Shown here in pieces: positions 11,345 to 24,701 of a DNA stretch of 32,000 nucleotides. This DNA is from Methylophaga frappieri (GTDB lineage Bacteria > Pseudomonadota > Gammaproteobacteria > Nitrosococcales > Methylophagaceae). The position numbers and the translations under genes were made by a program. The stretch covers positions 1,230,001-1,262,000 of the forward strand of contig NC_017856.1 in the NCBI RefSeq assembly GCF_000260965.1, written 5' to 3'. Position 1 is the stretch's first letter, and every line of letters begins with the position of its first letter. The notes below the pieces were generated by a model. It was not told the DNA's origin. It did not search any database and worked only from the letters and a program-made list of their open reading frames with translations.

Positions 11345-11429
11345 TGGTGCCGTCGGCCGGAGTCGAACCGGCACACCCTAAGGCACTACCCCCTCAAGAT
11401 AGCGTGTCTACCAATTTCACCACGACGGC
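11345..11429 (-). tRNA. leuU: tRNA-Leu, anticodon GAG (class II, long variable arm)
   Basis: The reverse complement is GCCGTCGTGGTGAAATTGGTAGACACGCTATCTTGAGGGGGTAGTGCCTTAGGGTGTGCCGGTTCGACTCCGGCCGACGGCACCA. It has a 7-bp acceptor stem, anticodon loop TTGAGGG, T-loop GGTTCGACTCC and an encoded CCA. It sits 18 nt downstream of secG, as in the E. coli secG-leuU arrangement. Confidence 0.95.
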
Positions 11430-11447
11430 TTTTTTGAACGGGAGATT

Positions 11448-11780
11448 TTACGGGATTTCAGGCAAGTCTGCAGGCATTTCTTCTGGTGCTGCTTCTTCTG
11501 TTACAACAGACCCTGACGCACCGGTACTGCGTTCAACGTTACCACCCGCCATATAAGCCAGAGTTAAACTGGTAATAAAAAACACCGTTGCCAAAATAGC
11601 GCTGCTACGACTCAAAAAAGAAGCCGATCCTCGACTACCGAACAGGCTGCCAGAAGCACCACCGCCACCGCCACCACCAAATGCGGCACCAGCATCAGCA
11701 CCTTTACCATGCTGAATTAATACCAGCCCGATTAAAAACAGGGATACCACGATATGGATCACCAGTACGATTGCGTTCAT
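11448..11780 (-). CDS. secG: Preprotein translocase subunit SecG
   Basis: 110 aa from the ATG at 11780 ([37 protein letters not shown]...), with an AGGAAG Shine-Dalgarno upstream. The ORF-track start at 11813 lies inside tpiA and was rejected. Confidence 0.92.
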   Translation of the reverse strand: MNAIVLVIHIVVSLFLIGLVLIQHGKGADAGAAFGGGGGGGASGSLFGSRGSASFLSRSSAILATVFFITSLTLAYMAGGNVERSTGASGSVVTEEAAPEEMPADLPEIP

Positions 11781-11788
11781 GTCACTTC

Positions 11789-12568
11789 CTAAGATTGTCT
11801 CGCTGCTTGGCATATTTTAACGAAATCGTCCGCATCACGCGAACTGCCCCCGATTAAGCCACCATCAACATCGGGTTTAGCAAATAATGGGCCGGCATTA
11901 TTACCTTTTACGCTGCCGCCGTAAAGGATTTGTACATTCCGAGCGACTTCCGGGTTATGTGACGCGATACGTTTGCGCATTACAGAGTGCACCTCCTGCG
12001 CCCATTCAGGTGTCGCCGTCTTGCCCGTTCCGATTGCCCAGACTGGCTCATAAGCCAACACGGCATGCTGCAAACTATCGGCTCCCTGGTGGGCAATGAT
12101 GGTATCTAGTAAACGAATCACGACTTCTTCGGTTTGGCCCAAGGCATGTTCTTCCGGACTTTCACCGATACAAACAATTGGCGTTAACCCAAATCGCAAG
12201 GCCATTTCATACTTTTCGGCGATAATATGATCCAGAAAATGCTGATCCAGATTTAACTCGGCATAAAGGCAACGTCGCTCAGAATGCCCCATCAATACAT
12301 ATTTTGAACCAAAATCACGACACATTGCTGCCGAAATTTCGCCAGTGTAAGCGCCGCTTTCAAACTGGGATAAGTTCTGTGTACCCCAGTGTAATTCTGT
12401 GCCTTGCAGTGCAGTCTGCACTTGTTGCAAATACACCGCTGGCGGGAACAAAGCCACATCAACCCCTTTAAACAAGTATCGCTGATCCAGAATGGCTTCC
12501 AGCAAGGCCTGATTTGTGGCTCGGGTACCTATCATTTTCCAGTTGCCAGCAATAAGCGGTTTACGCAC
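11789..12568 (-). CDS. tpiA: Triosephosphate isomerase
   Basis: 259 aa with GNWKM, MGHSERR and [14 protein letters not shown]. The start codon is GTG (plus-strand cac at 12566-12568). Confidence 0.95.
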   Translation of the reverse strand: MRKPLIAGNWKMIGTRATNQALLEAILDQRYLFKGVDVALFPPAVYLQQVQTALQGTELHWGTQNLSQFESGAYTGEISAAMCRDFGSKYVLMGHSERRCLYAELNLDQHFLDHIIAEKYEMALRFGLTPIVCIGESPEEHALGQTEEVVIRLLDTIIAHQGADSLQHAVLAYEPVWAIGTGKTATPEWAQEVHSVMRKRIASHNPEVARNVQILYGGSVKGNNAGPLFAKPDVDGGLIGGSSRDADDFVKICQAARQS

Positions 12569-12609
12569 GCAATGAGATCCTTAATCTTTGTCTACCGTGA
12601 ATTCAATTG

Positions 12610-13977
12610 TCAGCGCTGAGTGGAACTAACCAGACGTTGAATCAAATCCGCCAGCCGCTTGGCCAGTTTCTCTGTGAGTGGCGCATCACGTCCCTCAACC
12701 ATCACCCGGATAACCGGCTCGGTTCCAGATGGTCGCAGCAGCACGCGTCCTGCATCGCCAAGTTCACGCTCAGCATCGGCAACCGCGGCTGCTACTTCTG
12801 GAAACGTATCGATATCGACCATTTCAGATAACCTGACATTGATAAGTTGCTGCGGATACTTAATCACGGCAGATCGTAAATCATGCAAGGAGCTGCCACT
12901 TTGTTGCACCTCGGCCAGTGCTTGCAATGCCGAAACAATGCCATCACCAGTGGTAGTTTTATCAAGACAGATAATATGCCCCGAGGCTTCACCACCAATT
13001 TTACCGTCTACCTGCTTTAATTTTTCCATGACATACCGGTCACCCACTTTAGCGCGATGCAAAGTAATGTCATGCTGTTCCAGTGCATGCTCAAGACCAA
13101 GATTTGACATCTGTGTACCGACGACATGCTTGCTTGTTGCGCCTTCACGCTGACGCGCACGGGCAATAATAAACAGTAAATCGTCACCATCAACGATTTG
13201 CCCCTGATGATCGACCATGATTAATCTGTCACCATCACCATCCAGTGCAATGCCCATATCCGCTCGATTTTCAAGAACCGCGGCTTGTAGCATCCTGGGA
13301 TCTGTTGCACCGCAATTTTGATTAATGTTCAATCCGTCAGGATCCGCACCAATCAAAATCACGTCTGCCCCCAATTCTCGAAATACATTCGGGGCGATGT
13401 GATAAGTAGCACCATGCGCACAATCAACCACAATTTTCAGGCTGGACAAATCGACACCACTTGAAATCGTGCTTTTACAGAATTCAATATAGCGGCCGGC
13501 GGCATCGCCAACCCGAAACGCCTTGCCCAGCTGTTTTGATTCAACCGTCGTTAACGGTTGATCCAGCATTGCCTCGATTTCTAACTCAACCTGATCCGGC
13601 AACTTGGTGCCCTGTGCAGAGAAAAATTTGATGCCGTTATCGTGATAAGCATTATGCGAAGCACTAATGACAATACCTGCCTGCGCGTGAAAGGTTCGGG
13701 TCAAATAAGCGACTGCCGGCGTCGGCATAGGGCCCAGCAAATAGATATCGACTCCGGCAGCAGATAATCCAGCTTGAAGCGCAGATTCAAACATGTAGCC
13801 GGAAATACGGGTATCTTTGCCAATCAACACTTTGCTGTGTCGTTCTTTAGCTAAAACACGGCCAACCGCCCAGCCAAGTTTAAGTACAAAATCGGGCGTG
13901 ACAGCCCCATCCCCAACCCGGCCACGAATACCGTCTGTGCCAAAGTAACGTCTTTTTTTCTCAGTCAAAGTCTTCAA
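12610..13977 (-). CDS. glmM: Phosphoglucosamine mutase
   Basis: 455 aa with YFGTDGIRG, the phosphoserine loop [15 protein letters not shown], and DGDGDR. No ATG lies upstream of the conserved N-terminus. Candidate starts are TTG at 13977 (17-nt overlap with folP) or TTG at 13968. Confidence 0.93.
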   Translation of the reverse strand: MKTLTEKKRRYFGTDGIRGRVGDGAVTPDFVLKLGWAVGRVLAKERHSKVLIGKDTRISGYMFESALQAGLSAAGVDIYLLGPMPTPAVAYLTRTFHAQAGIVISASHNAYHDNGIKFFSAQGTKLPDQVELEIEAMLDQPLTTVESKQLGKAFRVGDAAGRYIEFCKSTISSGVDLSSLKIVVDCAHGATYHIAPNVFRELGADVILIGADPDGLNINQNCGATDPRMLQAAVLENRADMGIALDGDGDRLIMVDHQGQIVDGDDLLFIIARARQREGATSKHVVGTQMSNLGLEHALEQHDITLHRAKVGDRYVMEKLKQVDGKIGGEASGHIICLDKTTTGDGIVSALQALAEVQQSGSSLHDLRSAVIKYPQQLINVRLSEMVDIDTFPEVAAAVADAERELGDAGRVLLRPSGTEPVIRVMVEGRDAPLTEKLAKRLADLIQRLVSSTQR

Positions 13978-14803
13978 CCTGTTTTACATGCTGGCAAAGC
14001 TGAATTGCCTGAACGGTCTCACCAACATCATGACTGCGAATAATACTCGCACCCTGCCATACCGCAATGCTGGCCAAAGCCAAACTGCCTGCCAGCCTCT
14101 CATCGACAGTAACATTCAGCATTTTACCAATTATAGATTTACGTGAAACACCGACTAACAGCGGCAGACCTAATTCTGTAAAGGCAGTGAGATGCTTCAT
14201 CAATCTCAAATTATGTGTTGCTTTCTTGCCAAAACCAAAACCCGGATCCAAAATCAGATTTGATCTCGATATACCTGCCGCCTCACAAGCAGCCACCTGC
14301 TCCAGTAAAAAATCTTTCACTTCTTGCACAACATCCGTGTAATGCGGGTTTTGCTGCATGGTTTGCGGCGCCCCCTGCATGTGCATCAGGCAAACCGGTA
14401 CTTTTAATGAAGCAGCAACCGCCAACGCTCCCTCTGCACGGAGTGCATTCACGTCATTGATCATCGCCGCACCGGCCTCGACCGCGGCCTGCATCACCGC
14501 CGGTTTCATCGTATCAATTGAAATGGGCACAGCCAATTCAGCGGTAATCGCTTCAATGGCAGGCACAACTCGTTGGATTTCAGTTTCTTCATCAACCGGT
14601 TCCGCACCTGGACGGGTTGATTCACCACCGATATCGATTATTGCTGCACCGTCAGCAACTAGTTTTCGTGCCTGTTCAAGCGCTTTATCTGCTGCAAGGA
14701 AACGCCCACCATCAGAGAAAGAATCCGGCGTGACGTTAACAATGCCCATAACGCAAGGCGCCGACAAGTCCAGAGACTTGCCGGCAGAAATAGAGATGGT
14801 CAT
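13961..14803 (-). CDS. folP: Dihydropteroate synthase
   Basis: 280 aa with [14 protein letters not shown] and [10 protein letters not shown]. The ATG lies 6 nt after the ftsH stop. Confidence 0.95.
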   Translation of the reverse strand: MTISISAGKSLDLSAPCVMGIVNVTPDSFSDGGRFLAADKALEQARKLVADGAAIIDIGGESTRPGAEPVDEETEIQRVVPAIEAITAELAVPISIDTMKPAVMQAAVEAGAAMINDVNALRAEGALAVAASLKVPVCLMHMQGAPQTMQQNPHYTDVVQEVKDFLLEQVAACEAAGISRSNLILDPGFGFGKKATHNLRLMKHLTAFTELGLPLLVGVSRKSIIGKMLNVTVDERLAGSLALASIAVWQGASIIRSHDVGETVQAIQLCQHVKQVEDFD

Positions 14804-14809
14804 GGTTAC

Positions 14810-16708
14810 TTAGTTAAGTTGATCGGCCGGTTTTCCTGACGGCGCAGGATCATCCCCTTCTGACGCCGCAGAAGGCGGTGGTGAAGAACGATCAGTCCAG
14901 TCTTTTGGTTCACCGGGTTCACGACCTTCCATGATGGCATCAATTTGCTCACTATCAATGGTTTCGTATTTCACCAAGGCTTTAGCCATGATGTGCAGTT
15001 TCTCAATATTATCTTTAAGCAGTTGCTCTGCACGAGCATAATTACGGCTGATAACCGCCCGGACGTCTTCATCAATCTGCTTGGCGGTTAAGTCAGATAC
15101 CGCTTTATGTTGCGTGACACTTCGGCCAAGAAACACCTCGCCCTCGTCTTCACCATAAGATAAAGGACCCATATTATCGGAGAGCCCCCATTTGGTGACC
15201 ATGTTATGAGCCAGTTCTGTGGCACGCTGGATGTCATTGGATGCGCCAGTTGTCACCGCTTCGGCACCAAAAATCATTTCTTCGGCAATTCGACCGCCAT
15301 ACAAACTTGAAATATTACTTTCCAACTGTTGTTTGGTATAACTGTATTTATCTTCTGTCGGCAGAAACATTGTCACACCCAGAGCACGCCCACGCGGGAT
15401 GATACTCACTTTATAGACCGGGTCATGGCCTGGCACCAGACGACCCACGATGGCATGGCCGGCTTCATGGTAAGCCGTCAATTCTTTCTCTTTATCACTC
15501 ATCACCATGGAACGTCGCTCGGCGCCCATCATGATCTTGTCTTTAGCCAGCTCCATTTCGGTCATGCTGACTAATCGTTTATCCGCCCTGGCCGCGAATA
15601 AGGCCGCCTCATTTACAAGGTTGGCTAAATCCGCACCAGAAAATCCGGGTGTACCACGAGCGATGACACTGGGTTGAACATCCTCTGCGGCCGGCACTTT
15701 GCCTAAATGCACTTTCAGAATCTGTTCGCGACCACGAATATCAGGTAATGGCACCACCACTTGACGATCAAAGCGTCCAGGTCTCAATAAGGCGGGATCC
15801 AATACGTCTGGACGGTTTGTCGCGGCAATAACGATGACACCTTCATTGCCTTCAAAGCCATCCATCTCAACCAACAACTGATTCAGAGTTTGTTCACGTT
15901 CATCATTGCCTCCGCCCAGTCCCGCACCACGGTGGCGACCCACAGCATCAATCTCATCGATGAAGATAATGCATGGCGCATGCTTTTTAGCCTGCTCGAA
16001 CATATCACGAACACGTGAAGCACCAACACCAACAAACATTTCGACAAAGTCAGAACCTGAAATGGTGAAAAACGGCACTTTCGCCTCACCGGCAATCGCT
16101 TTTGCCAACAGGGTTTTACCGGTACCCGGCGACCCTACCATCAAGATACCGCGTGGAATACGACCACCCAGTTTCTGGAATTTGCTTGGGTCACGAAGAA
16201 AATCAACTAATTCGTGAACTTCTTCTTTAGCTTCTTCAACCCCGGCGACATCTTTAAAGGTCACTTTTACCTGATCTTCATTCAGCATCCGGGCTTTGCT
16301 TTTACCAAATGACATCGGGTTCTTTCCCCCACCGCCTTGCATCTGGCGCATGAAGAAAATCCAGACCGCAATCAGCAGCAACATCGGAAACCAGGAAATA
16401 AAAATCTGCATCAACAAACTGGTTTTTTCTGCCGGTTCCGCCTTAATTGCGACGCCGTTATCGAGTAAATCTCCAATTAATCCGGGATCATAATCCGGGC
16501 TGTAGGTCGTGAACTTGCTGCCGTCACTCAAAACGCCCGTAATAGTCCGTCCTTGAATATCGACACTATTCACCGCACCATCTTTAACACTACTGATGAA
16601 AGTCGAATAGTCCATTTCGCTTTGCCCCGACTGCTGCGGACCAAAATTATTGAACACAGACATCAACACCATGGCGATGACGACCCATAAAATGATATTT
16701 TTCATCAT
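14810..16708 (-). CDS. ftsH: ATP-dependent zinc metalloprotease FtsH
   Basis: Two N-terminal TM helices, Walker A GSPGTGKT, Walker [10 protein letters not shown] and zinc site HEAGHA. It is near-collinear by eye with E. coli FtsH. The ORF-track start at 16717 is TTG. The ATG at 16708 (or 16705) matches the homologous N-terminus MKNIILW. Confidence 0.95.
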   Translation of the reverse strand: MMKNIILWVVIAMVLMSVFNNFGPQQSGQSEMDYSTFISSVKDGAVNSVDIQGRTITGVLSDGSKFTTYSPDYDPGLIGDLLDNGVAIKAEPAEKTSLLMQIFISWFPMLLLIAVWIFFMRQMQGGGGKNPMSFGKSKARMLNEDQVKVTFKDVAGVEEAKEEVHELVDFLRDPSKFQKLGGRIPRGILMVGSPGTGKTLLAKAIAGEAKVPFFTISGSDFVEMFVGVGASRVRDMFEQAKKHAPCIIFIDEIDAVGRHRGAGLGGGNDEREQTLNQLLVEMDGFEGNEGVIVIAATNRPDVLDPALLRPGRFDRQVVVPLPDIRGREQILKVHLGKVPAAEDVQPSVIARGTPGFSGADLANLVNEAALFAARADKRLVSMTEMELAKDKIMMGAERRSMVMSDKEKELTAYHEAGHAIVGRLVPGHDPVYKVSIIPRGRALGVTMFLPTEDKYSYTKQQLESNISSLYGGRIAEEMIFGAEAVTTGASNDIQRATELAHNMVTKWGLSDNMGPLSYGEDEGEVFLGRSVTQHKAVSDLTAKQIDEDVRAVISRNYARAEQLLKDNIEKLHIMAKALVKYETIDSEQIDAIMEGREPGEPKDWTDRSSPPPSAASEGDDPAPSGKPADQLN

Positions 16709-16750
16709 GTCACTCAACGTTCTAACCCTCTTGCCACGAATATGTGGGCA

Positions 16751-17368
16751 TTACCGTTTGCCGCGGCCAAGCAAATAAATTTCCCGACTGCGCGCTCTCG
16801 ACGCATCCGGCTTGCGTGATACGACCTTTTTGAAAGTTTCTCGCATGGCTTTTAAATATGCCTCGAAACCTTCGCCTTGAAAAACTTTGACCAGAAAATC
16901 GCCATTTTTACTTAAATGCTGTTGTGCAAAATCCAGCGCCAACTCGACCAAGTACATACTTCCCGCCTGATCAATGGCATCTACACCTGATAAATTGGGG
17001 GCCATATCTGATAATACAAGATCAATCGACTGGTCTGCGACCACTTCTTCCAACGCATCCAGCACCGTTTGTTCTCTAAAATCTCCCTCAATGAAATGCA
17101 CCCCTGTCAAAGGCGTCATTGGCAGGATATCCAAGGCAACCACGGTTCCAGACTCACCGACTTGATGCAGTGCATAATCTGACCAGCCACCTGGTGCCGC
17201 TCCCAAATCCACGACAACCATACCTGGTCGTAATAATTTATCTTTTTGATTAATTTCATCCAGTTTAAACGTCGCTCGCGAACGATAACCTTTCTGATGC
17301 GCCTTTTTCACATAGACGTCATCAAAGTGCTCTTTGAGCCAGTTTTGGCTGGATTTACTTTTCGCCAT
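16751..17368 (-). CDS. rlmE: 23S rRNA U2552 2'-O-methyltransferase RlmE (FtsJ)
   Basis: 205 aa containing [36 protein letters not shown] and [11 protein letters not shown]. Collinear with E. coli RlmE. Confidence 0.95.
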   Translation of the reverse strand: MAKSKSSQNWLKEHFDDVYVKKAHQKGYRSRATFKLDEINQKDKLLRPGMVVVDLGAAPGGWSDYALHQVGESGTVVALDILPMTPLTGVHFIEGDFREQTVLDALEEVVADQSIDLVLSDMAPNLSGVDAIDQAGSMYLVELALDFAQQHLSKNGDFLVKVFQGEGFEAYLKAMRETFKKVVSRKPDASRARSREIYLLGRGKR

Positions 17369-17828
17369 GCCACTGTGCTGCAGATTTTTTGTCTGCGGTG
17401 AGTACTAAAATTAAACCGAGCACACTCAGCATTAAATAGAGGTTTTCACTGATACGATGCAACGTCTGAAAAGAGGCCAACAATGTGTCATCGTCACGCC
17501 AACCAGCTACTTCTTTAATCTGCGCCATTTCAGGTTGCAGATACGCCATAAAGAATAAGGTTAAACCGAGCATTAACAGCAATATCCAGAACCGCCATGA
17601 TCGTTTAAACACTTGTTTATCCATAAAGAGACGGCCAAGTATCAACATGCTACCCGACACTAGGCCTATGATATTTACAGCATAGAAAAGACGCGCTGCA
17701 TAGGCTGCGGCAATTTGCACTTCAAGTGAAGCGAAAGCCAAGGGGACAGCCAGGTAACCAAGCGCCCAAATACTGCCAACCCACAAAGTGAGGAGTAGAC
17801 GTTCGCCGGCAAATTCAGCGTAATGCAA
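17355..17828 (-). CDS. Uncharacterised 4-TM membrane protein, DUF4149/TMEM205-like (family assignment from memory, not searched)
   Basis: 157 aa with four clear hydrophobic helices ([76 protein letters not shown]). The TTG start lies 5 nt after the greA stop, and the 3' end overlaps the rlmE start by 14 nt. Confidence 0.75.
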   Translation of the reverse strand: MHYAEFAGERLLLTLWVGSIWALGYLAVPLAFASLEVQIAAAYAARLFYAVNIIGLVSGSMLILGRLFMDKQVFKRSWRFWILLLMLGLTLFFMAYLQPEMAQIKEVAGWRDDDTLLASFQTLHRISENLYLMLSVLGLILVLTADKKSAAQWHGEK

Positions 17829-17833
17829 TGTGA

Positions 17834-18310
17834 TTATCCCTGATAGCGAATACCTGTAATTTCATACTCAATCGCACCACCGGGCGCTTGCACTGTCGCC
17901 ACATCATCAACCTCTTTACCAATAAGCGCACGAGCAATAGGTGATGACACTGAAATACGATTTTGCTTAATATCCGATTCGTAATCGCCTACGATTTGAT
18001 AAGTGACGGTTTCATCCGTATCAATATTCAACAGATCAACCGTGACGCCAAAAACAACCCGACCATCCTGCGGTAAACTGGCAGGATCAATAACTTGTGA
18101 GTTGCTTAACGTCGCTTCTAATTCCTGAATCCGGCCTTCAATAAAGCTTTGCTGCTCACGCGCCGCATGATATTCCGCATTTTCTTTGAGGTCACCGTGT
18201 GCTCTGGCCTCAGATATGGCGGCTACGACGGCTGGACGCTTCACACTTTTTAATTCTTGTAACTCAGATTTCAGCGCATCGGCACCACGTAAGGTAATAG
18301 GAACAGCCAT
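17834..18310 (-). CDS. greA: Transcription elongation (cleavage) factor GreA
   Basis: 158 aa containing [23 protein letters not shown]. Its ATG shares one base with the carB TAA (TAATG). Confidence 0.95.
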   Translation of the reverse strand: MAVPITLRGADALKSELQELKSVKRPAVVAAISEARAHGDLKENAEYHAAREQQSFIEGRIQELEATLSNSQVIDPASLPQDGRVVFGVTVDLLNIDTDETVTYQIVGDYESDIKQNRISVSSPIARALIGKEVDDVATVQAPGGAIEYEITGIRYQG

Positions 18311-21300
18311 TACGCAAGTTCTCCATGTAAAGTCTGCAAACGATTGACCGACACATTATCTTGGTTGTTCAATGCCAGAATAGTCGCTCTCGCCGCTGCA
18401 AGCGTTGTGGTGTAGTTCACCTGATGTTGTAACGCAGCACGGCGAATTTCCCGAGAATCAGCAACAGATTGACGTCCTTCTGTTGTATTCACGATTAAGG
18501 CAATTTCATCATTTTTGATCATATCAACAATGTGCGGCTGGCCTTCGGCCACTTTTCGGACACGCTCACATGCCACGCCTGCTTCTGTCAATGCCTGCTG
18601 GGTACCGCGCGTCGCTAAAAGCGCAAAGCCAAGCTTATGTAAATCTCTGGCGATCGCAATAACGGCCTGTTTATCTGCTTCACGAACAGAAATAAACGCT
18701 TTACCACCGACTGGCAGGGTCACAGAAGCTGCTAACTGTGATTTAGCGAACGCCTCACCAAAACTGCGTCCGACGCCCATTACCTCGCCCGTGGACTTCA
18801 TTTCAGGGCCTAAAATCGGGTCGACGCCCTGGAACTTGATAAAAGGAAAGACAGCTTCTTTAACCGAGTAATAACTCGGGATAATTTCTTTGGTAACGCC
18901 TTGCTCAACCAGACTTTTCCCAGCCATACACCGCGCCGCCACTTTGGCCAGCGCTACCCCAATTGATTTGGATACATAAGGCACTGTCCGTGATGCACGT
19001 GGATTGACTTCAAGAATAAAGATCCGGTCCCCTTGTATTGCAAACTGCGTATTCATCAAACCAATCACGCCAAGCTCAATGGCCATTTGACGAACTTGCT
19101 CGCGAAGTTGGTCCATGATGGCGGGACTTAAACTGTAGGGTGGAATCGCACATGCCGAGTCACCGGAGTGAACACCAGCCTGCTCAATATGCTCCATGAT
19201 GCCGCCGATAAGTACATCCTTGCCGTCGCAAATCGCATCCACATCCACTTCAATCGCATCGTCCAGAAAACGATCCAATAACACTGGCGAGTCGTTCGAT
19301 ACGGACACTGCCGTCAGCATGTAACGCTGAAGCTCTTCCTCGTTATAAACGATTTCCATCGCACGTCCACCCAACACATAGGAGGGTCGAACGACCAAGG
19401 GATAACCAATTTCTGCGGCAAGCGCTACAGCGCCATCAACTGAATGTGCTAAGCGATTAGGTGGCTGTAATAAACCGAGCTTATCGACCATTTGCTGGAA
19501 GCGCTCCCGATCTTCTGCGTGATCAATGGCATCTGGAGAGGTTCCAATAATTGGCACACCCGCTGCTTCAAGCGCTCGCGCTAGTTTCAGTGGTGTTTGA
19601 CCACCAAACTGAACAATAACCCCTTTGGGTTTTTCAAGCGCAACCACTTCCAACACATCTTCAAGAGTGAGAGATTCAAAATAGAGTCGATCTGACGTGT
19701 CATAATCGGTTGAAACGGTCTCTGGATTACAATTAACCATAATGGTTTCGTAGCCATCATCCCGTAATGCCAAGGCAGCATGAACACAACAATAGTCGAA
19801 TTCGATGCCTTGACCGATACGATTAGGTCCGCCACCCAGAATCATGATCTTATCGCGATCACTTGGATTTGCTTCACACTCCTCATCATAACTGGAATAC
19901 ATGTAAGCCGTTGTCGTGGCAAACTCTGCCGCACAGGTATCGACACGTTTGTAAACTGGTCGCACGCCTAGCTGATGACGATAACTACGTAACTGTTTTT
20001 CCGTTTTATGTAACAATTTCGCCAAGCGGGAATCTGAAAAGCCTTTGGCTTTGAGTTGCCGCATTTCCAACGCTTCTATCTCATTCAGTGAACGTTCTTT
20101 CAGCGAATTTTCAATCTCAATAATTTCCTGAATTTGAATCAGAAACCATGGATCAATGTGTGTTAACTGTTGGACTTCATCAAAGCTCATACCATAACGC
20201 AGGGCATCCGCCACATACCAGATCCGATCCGAGCCTGGCAGACTCAGTTCACGCCGTAAGGTCTCTGCGATATTCGGATCTTTCAGGTCGAGGATGTCGG
20301 TAAACCCATCCCGGTCGATCTCCAGTCCACGCAATGCTTTTTGCAGAGATTCCTGAAAATTACGCCCTATCGCCATCACTTCACCGACTGACTTCATCTG
20401 CGTGCTGAGGCGATTATCGGCGAGCGGAAATTTTTCAAAAGTAAAGCGAGGGACTTTGGTGACCACATAATCAATGGTGGGTTCAAATGAAGCCGGTGTC
20501 GCCCCACCTGTGATTTCATTTTGCAACTCATCCAAGGTATAGCCAACTGCCAACTTGGCCGCGACTTTAGCAATTGGGAAACCTGTTGCTTTAGACGCCA
20601 ATGCCGATGAACGGGAAACACGCGGGTTCATTTCAATGATAATGAGCCGACCTGTCTCGGGGTTGACGGCAAACTGGACGTTAGAGCCACCGGTCTCGAC
20701 ACCAATCTCGCGCAGTACAGCCAACGAGGCATTGCGCATGATTTGATATTCTTTATCTGTCAGCGTTTGCGCTGGTGCAACGGTAATGGAATCCCCGGTA
20801 TGGACGCCCATCGGATCCAGATTTTCAATAGAACAGATAATGATGGCGTTGTCTTTTTTATCGCGCACCACCTCCATCTCATATTCTTTCCAGCCAATGA
20901 TGGACTCTTCAATCAATAACTCAGAGGTTGGGCTGAGATAAAGACCGCGCTGGCAGATATCAATAAAGTCTTCGCGGTTGTAAGCAATACCGCCACCACT
21001 GCCCCCCATAGTGAACGAGGGCCGGATGATGACCGGGAAACCAAATTTTTGTTGAACCTCAAGTGCCTCATCCAGACTATGAGCAATATCAGACTGGGGC
21101 ATATCCAGACCAATTTTTCGCATGGCTTCACGGAATAAATCCCGGTCTTCTGCTTTATTAATGGCTTCACTGTCTGCGCCAATCATTTCAACGCCGAACT
21201 TTTCCAGTACGCCATTTTTTTCCAGATCCAAAGCACAGTTCAACGCGGTCTGACCACCCATGGTTGGTAGAATGGCATCTGGCCGCTCAGTTTCAATCAC

Positions 21301-21528
21301 TTTGCTCACCGACTGCCAGTTAACTGGCTCGATATAAGTCGCATCTGCCATGTTTGGATCGGTCATGATGGTCGCCGGATTAGAGTTGACCAAAATGACC
21401 CGATAGCCTTCCTCACGCAAGGCTTTACATGCCTGCGCCCCGGAATAATCGAATTCACAGGCCTGACCGATAACAATTGGACCAGCGCCAAGAATTAGAA
21501 TGCTTTGAATATCTGTACGTTTAGCCAT
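18310..21528 (-). CDS. carB: Carbamoyl-phosphate synthase large subunit
   Basis: 1072 aa with duplicated ATP-grasp halves ([30 protein letters not shown]... and ...[22 protein letters not shown]...). Confidence 0.97.
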   Translation of the reverse strand: MAKRTDIQSILILGAGPIVIGQACEFDYSGAQACKALREEGYRVILVNSNPATIMTDPNMADATYIEPVNWQSVSKVIETERPDAILPTMGGQTALNCALDLEKNGVLEKFGVEMIGADSEAINKAEDRDLFREAMRKIGLDMPQSDIAHSLDEALEVQQKFGFPVIIRPSFTMGGSGGGIAYNREDFIDICQRGLYLSPTSELLIEESIIGWKEYEMEVVRDKKDNAIIICSIENLDPMGVHTGDSITVAPAQTLTDKEYQIMRNASLAVLREIGVETGGSNVQFAVNPETGRLIIIEMNPRVSRSSALASKATGFPIAKVAAKLAVGYTLDELQNEITGGATPASFEPTIDYVVTKVPRFTFEKFPLADNRLSTQMKSVGEVMAIGRNFQESLQKALRGLEIDRDGFTDILDLKDPNIAETLRRELSLPGSDRIWYVADALRYGMSFDEVQQLTHIDPWFLIQIQEIIEIENSLKERSLNEIEALEMRQLKAKGFSDSRLAKLLHKTEKQLRSYRHQLGVRPVYKRVDTCAAEFATTTAYMYSSYDEECEANPSDRDKIMILGGGPNRIGQGIEFDYCCVHAALALRDDGYETIMVNCNPETVSTDYDTSDRLYFESLTLEDVLEVVALEKPKGVIVQFGGQTPLKLARALEAAGVPIIGTSPDAIDHAEDRERFQQMVDKLGLLQPPNRLAHSVDGAVALAAEIGYPLVVRPSYVLGGRAMEIVYNEEELQRYMLTAVSVSNDSPVLLDRFLDDAIEVDVDAICDGKDVLIGGIMEHIEQAGVHSGDSACAIPPYSLSPAIMDQLREQVRQMAIELGVIGLMNTQFAIQGDRIFILEVNPRASRTVPYVSKSIGVALAKVAARCMAGKSLVEQGVTKEIIPSYYSVKEAVFPFIKFQGVDPILGPEMKSTGEVMGVGRSFGEAFAKSQLAASVTLPVGGKAFISVREADKQAVIAIARDLHKLGFALLATRGTQQALTEAGVACERVRKVAEGQPHIVDMIKNDEIALIVNTTEGRQSVADSREIRRAALQHQVNYTTTLAAARATILALNNQDNVSVNRLQTLHGELA

Positions 21529-21534
21529 CGTGTG

Positions 21535-22665
21535 TTATTTACCTGTCGCTTGTTCGAGTAGGTCGATAAAGTGATCGAATAAGGGGGCTGCATCCTGCGG
21601 GCCTGGACTCGCCTCCGGGTGTCCCTGAAAACTGAATGCAGGCTTGGTCTTATGATGAATGCCTTGTAAGGTGCCATCGAAAAGAGAGCGATGCGTAGTT
21701 TCAAGCGTCTCTGGCAGCGATGATTCATCGACAGCAAAACTATGATTCTGACTGGTGATCATGACCAACCCTGCCAATTTTTCCTGAACCGGATGATTTG
21801 CGCCATGATGGCCAAATTTCATTTTTTCTGTTTTTGCACCGCAGGCCAATGCCAGTAATTGATGTCCCAGACAAATACCAAACATTGGTACATTTTTGTC
21901 CAGGAAGTACTGAATAGACTTGATTGCATAATCACATGGCTCAGGGTCACCCGGCCCATTCGACAGAAAAATACCATCCGGGTTGAGCTTTTCTACTTCC
22001 TCAGGTGGCATCTGTGCTGGAACAACTGTGAGCTTACAGCCCCGCTCCACCAGCATACGCATAATATTTTTCTTAATGCCGTAGTCATACGCAACGACAT
22101 GAAATCGTGTTTCAGCCTGCTTGGGTTGGCCATCTAACTGCCATGTGGATGACGTCCACTCATAGCTGGTTTCGGTACTGACTTCTTTAGCTAAATCCAT
22201 GCCTTTAAGACCGGCGAAACCGCGAGCCGCATCAATGGCAGCATTTACGTCGATATTATCGCCAGCAACAATACAGCCTTTTTGCGCACCTTTTTCACGC
22301 AGCAATCGGGTCAATTTTCGGGTATCAATACCTGCTAATCCGACAACGTTGTGTTTTGCCAAGTACTTATCGAGAGCCGCTTCACCACGCCAGCTTGAAA
22401 CAACCGGTGATAACTCTCGAATGATTAAACCGCTACAGTGAATTTGATCAGATTCTTCATCATCCGGATTAGCACCAACATTGCCAATATGAGGATAAGT
22501 CAATGTCACAATCTGACGACAGTAAGACGGATCGGTCAGAATTTCCTGATACCCGGTCATGGCTGTATTAAATACCACCTCGCCAACAGATTGTCCGACC
22601 GCGCCAATTGATTCGCCGTGAAACACGGTGCCATCTTCAAGAGCCAGTAGTGCTGCAGTGCGCAA
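21535..22665 (-). CDS. carA: Carbamoyl-phosphate synthase small (glutamine amidotransferase) subunit
   Basis: 376 aa beginning [17 protein letters not shown], with the catalytic GICLGHQLL. The start is TTG (plus-strand caa at 22663-22665), preceded by GGAGG (22672-22676) and a 6-nt spacer. Confidence 0.95.
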   Translation of the reverse strand: MRTAALLALEDGTVFHGESIGAVGQSVGEVVFNTAMTGYQEILTDPSYCRQIVTLTYPHIGNVGANPDDEESDQIHCSGLIIRELSPVVSSWRGEAALDKYLAKHNVVGLAGIDTRKLTRLLREKGAQKGCIVAGDNIDVNAAIDAARGFAGLKGMDLAKEVSTETSYEWTSSTWQLDGQPKQAETRFHVVAYDYGIKKNIMRMLVERGCKLTVVPAQMPPEEVEKLNPDGIFLSNGPGDPEPCDYAIKSIQYFLDKNVPMFGICLGHQLLALACGAKTEKMKFGHHGANHPVQEKLAGLVMITSQNHSFAVDESSLPETLETTHRSLFDGTLQGIHHKTKPAFSFQGHPEASPGPQDAAPLFDHFIDLLEQATGK

Positions 22666-22729
22666 GGGGAACCTCCACGATAATAACGAATGGGGAAGCT
22701 AGGTGTTCTCCCCGGACAAAATCTTTGTG

Positions 22730-24660
<1,931 letters not shown>

Positions 24661-24663
24661 TGA

Positions 24664-24688
24664 AGCCACGCCGATCACCGGCGTGGCT
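24664..24688. terminator. Bidirectional hairpin terminator between aroE (+) and the cpxP-like gene (-)
   Basis: Perfect 10-bp stem AGCCACGCCG / CGGCGTGGCT with a 5-nt loop. T-rich sequence follows on both strands. Confidence 0.7.
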
Positions 24689-24701
24689 GATTTGCTTAAA
24701 T

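Noticed and set aside
10061-11345. rarD as a tRNA-Leu-targeted genomic islet.
   Set aside because: There is no integrase or recombinase and no direct repeat of the tRNA 3' end in 10061-10427 (only a 5-nt TGGTG match). The insert is a single housekeeping-type permease gene.
12659-13153. 164-aa plus-strand ORF antisense to glmM. Similar long antisense or shadow ORFs lie at 14358-14813 (vs folP), 7367-7759 (vs nuoD), 18515-18871 (vs carB), 29426-29785 (vs the RND permease) and 3259-3582 (vs nuoG).
   Set aside because: All lie wholly inside strongly supported genes on the opposite strand. Their composition is Ser/Thr/Pro/Cys/Arg-rich and low-complexity, as is typical of antisense frames, and they have no recognisable motifs or ribosome-binding sites.
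16741-16771. Sigma32-like heat-shock promoter in the rlmE-ftsH junction (CTTGGCC-16 nt-CCCACATA on the minus strand).
   Set aside because: It matches only 4 of 7 positions in the -35 element, the -10 is imperfect, and the spacer is at the long end of the range. That is not enough to call without start-site data.
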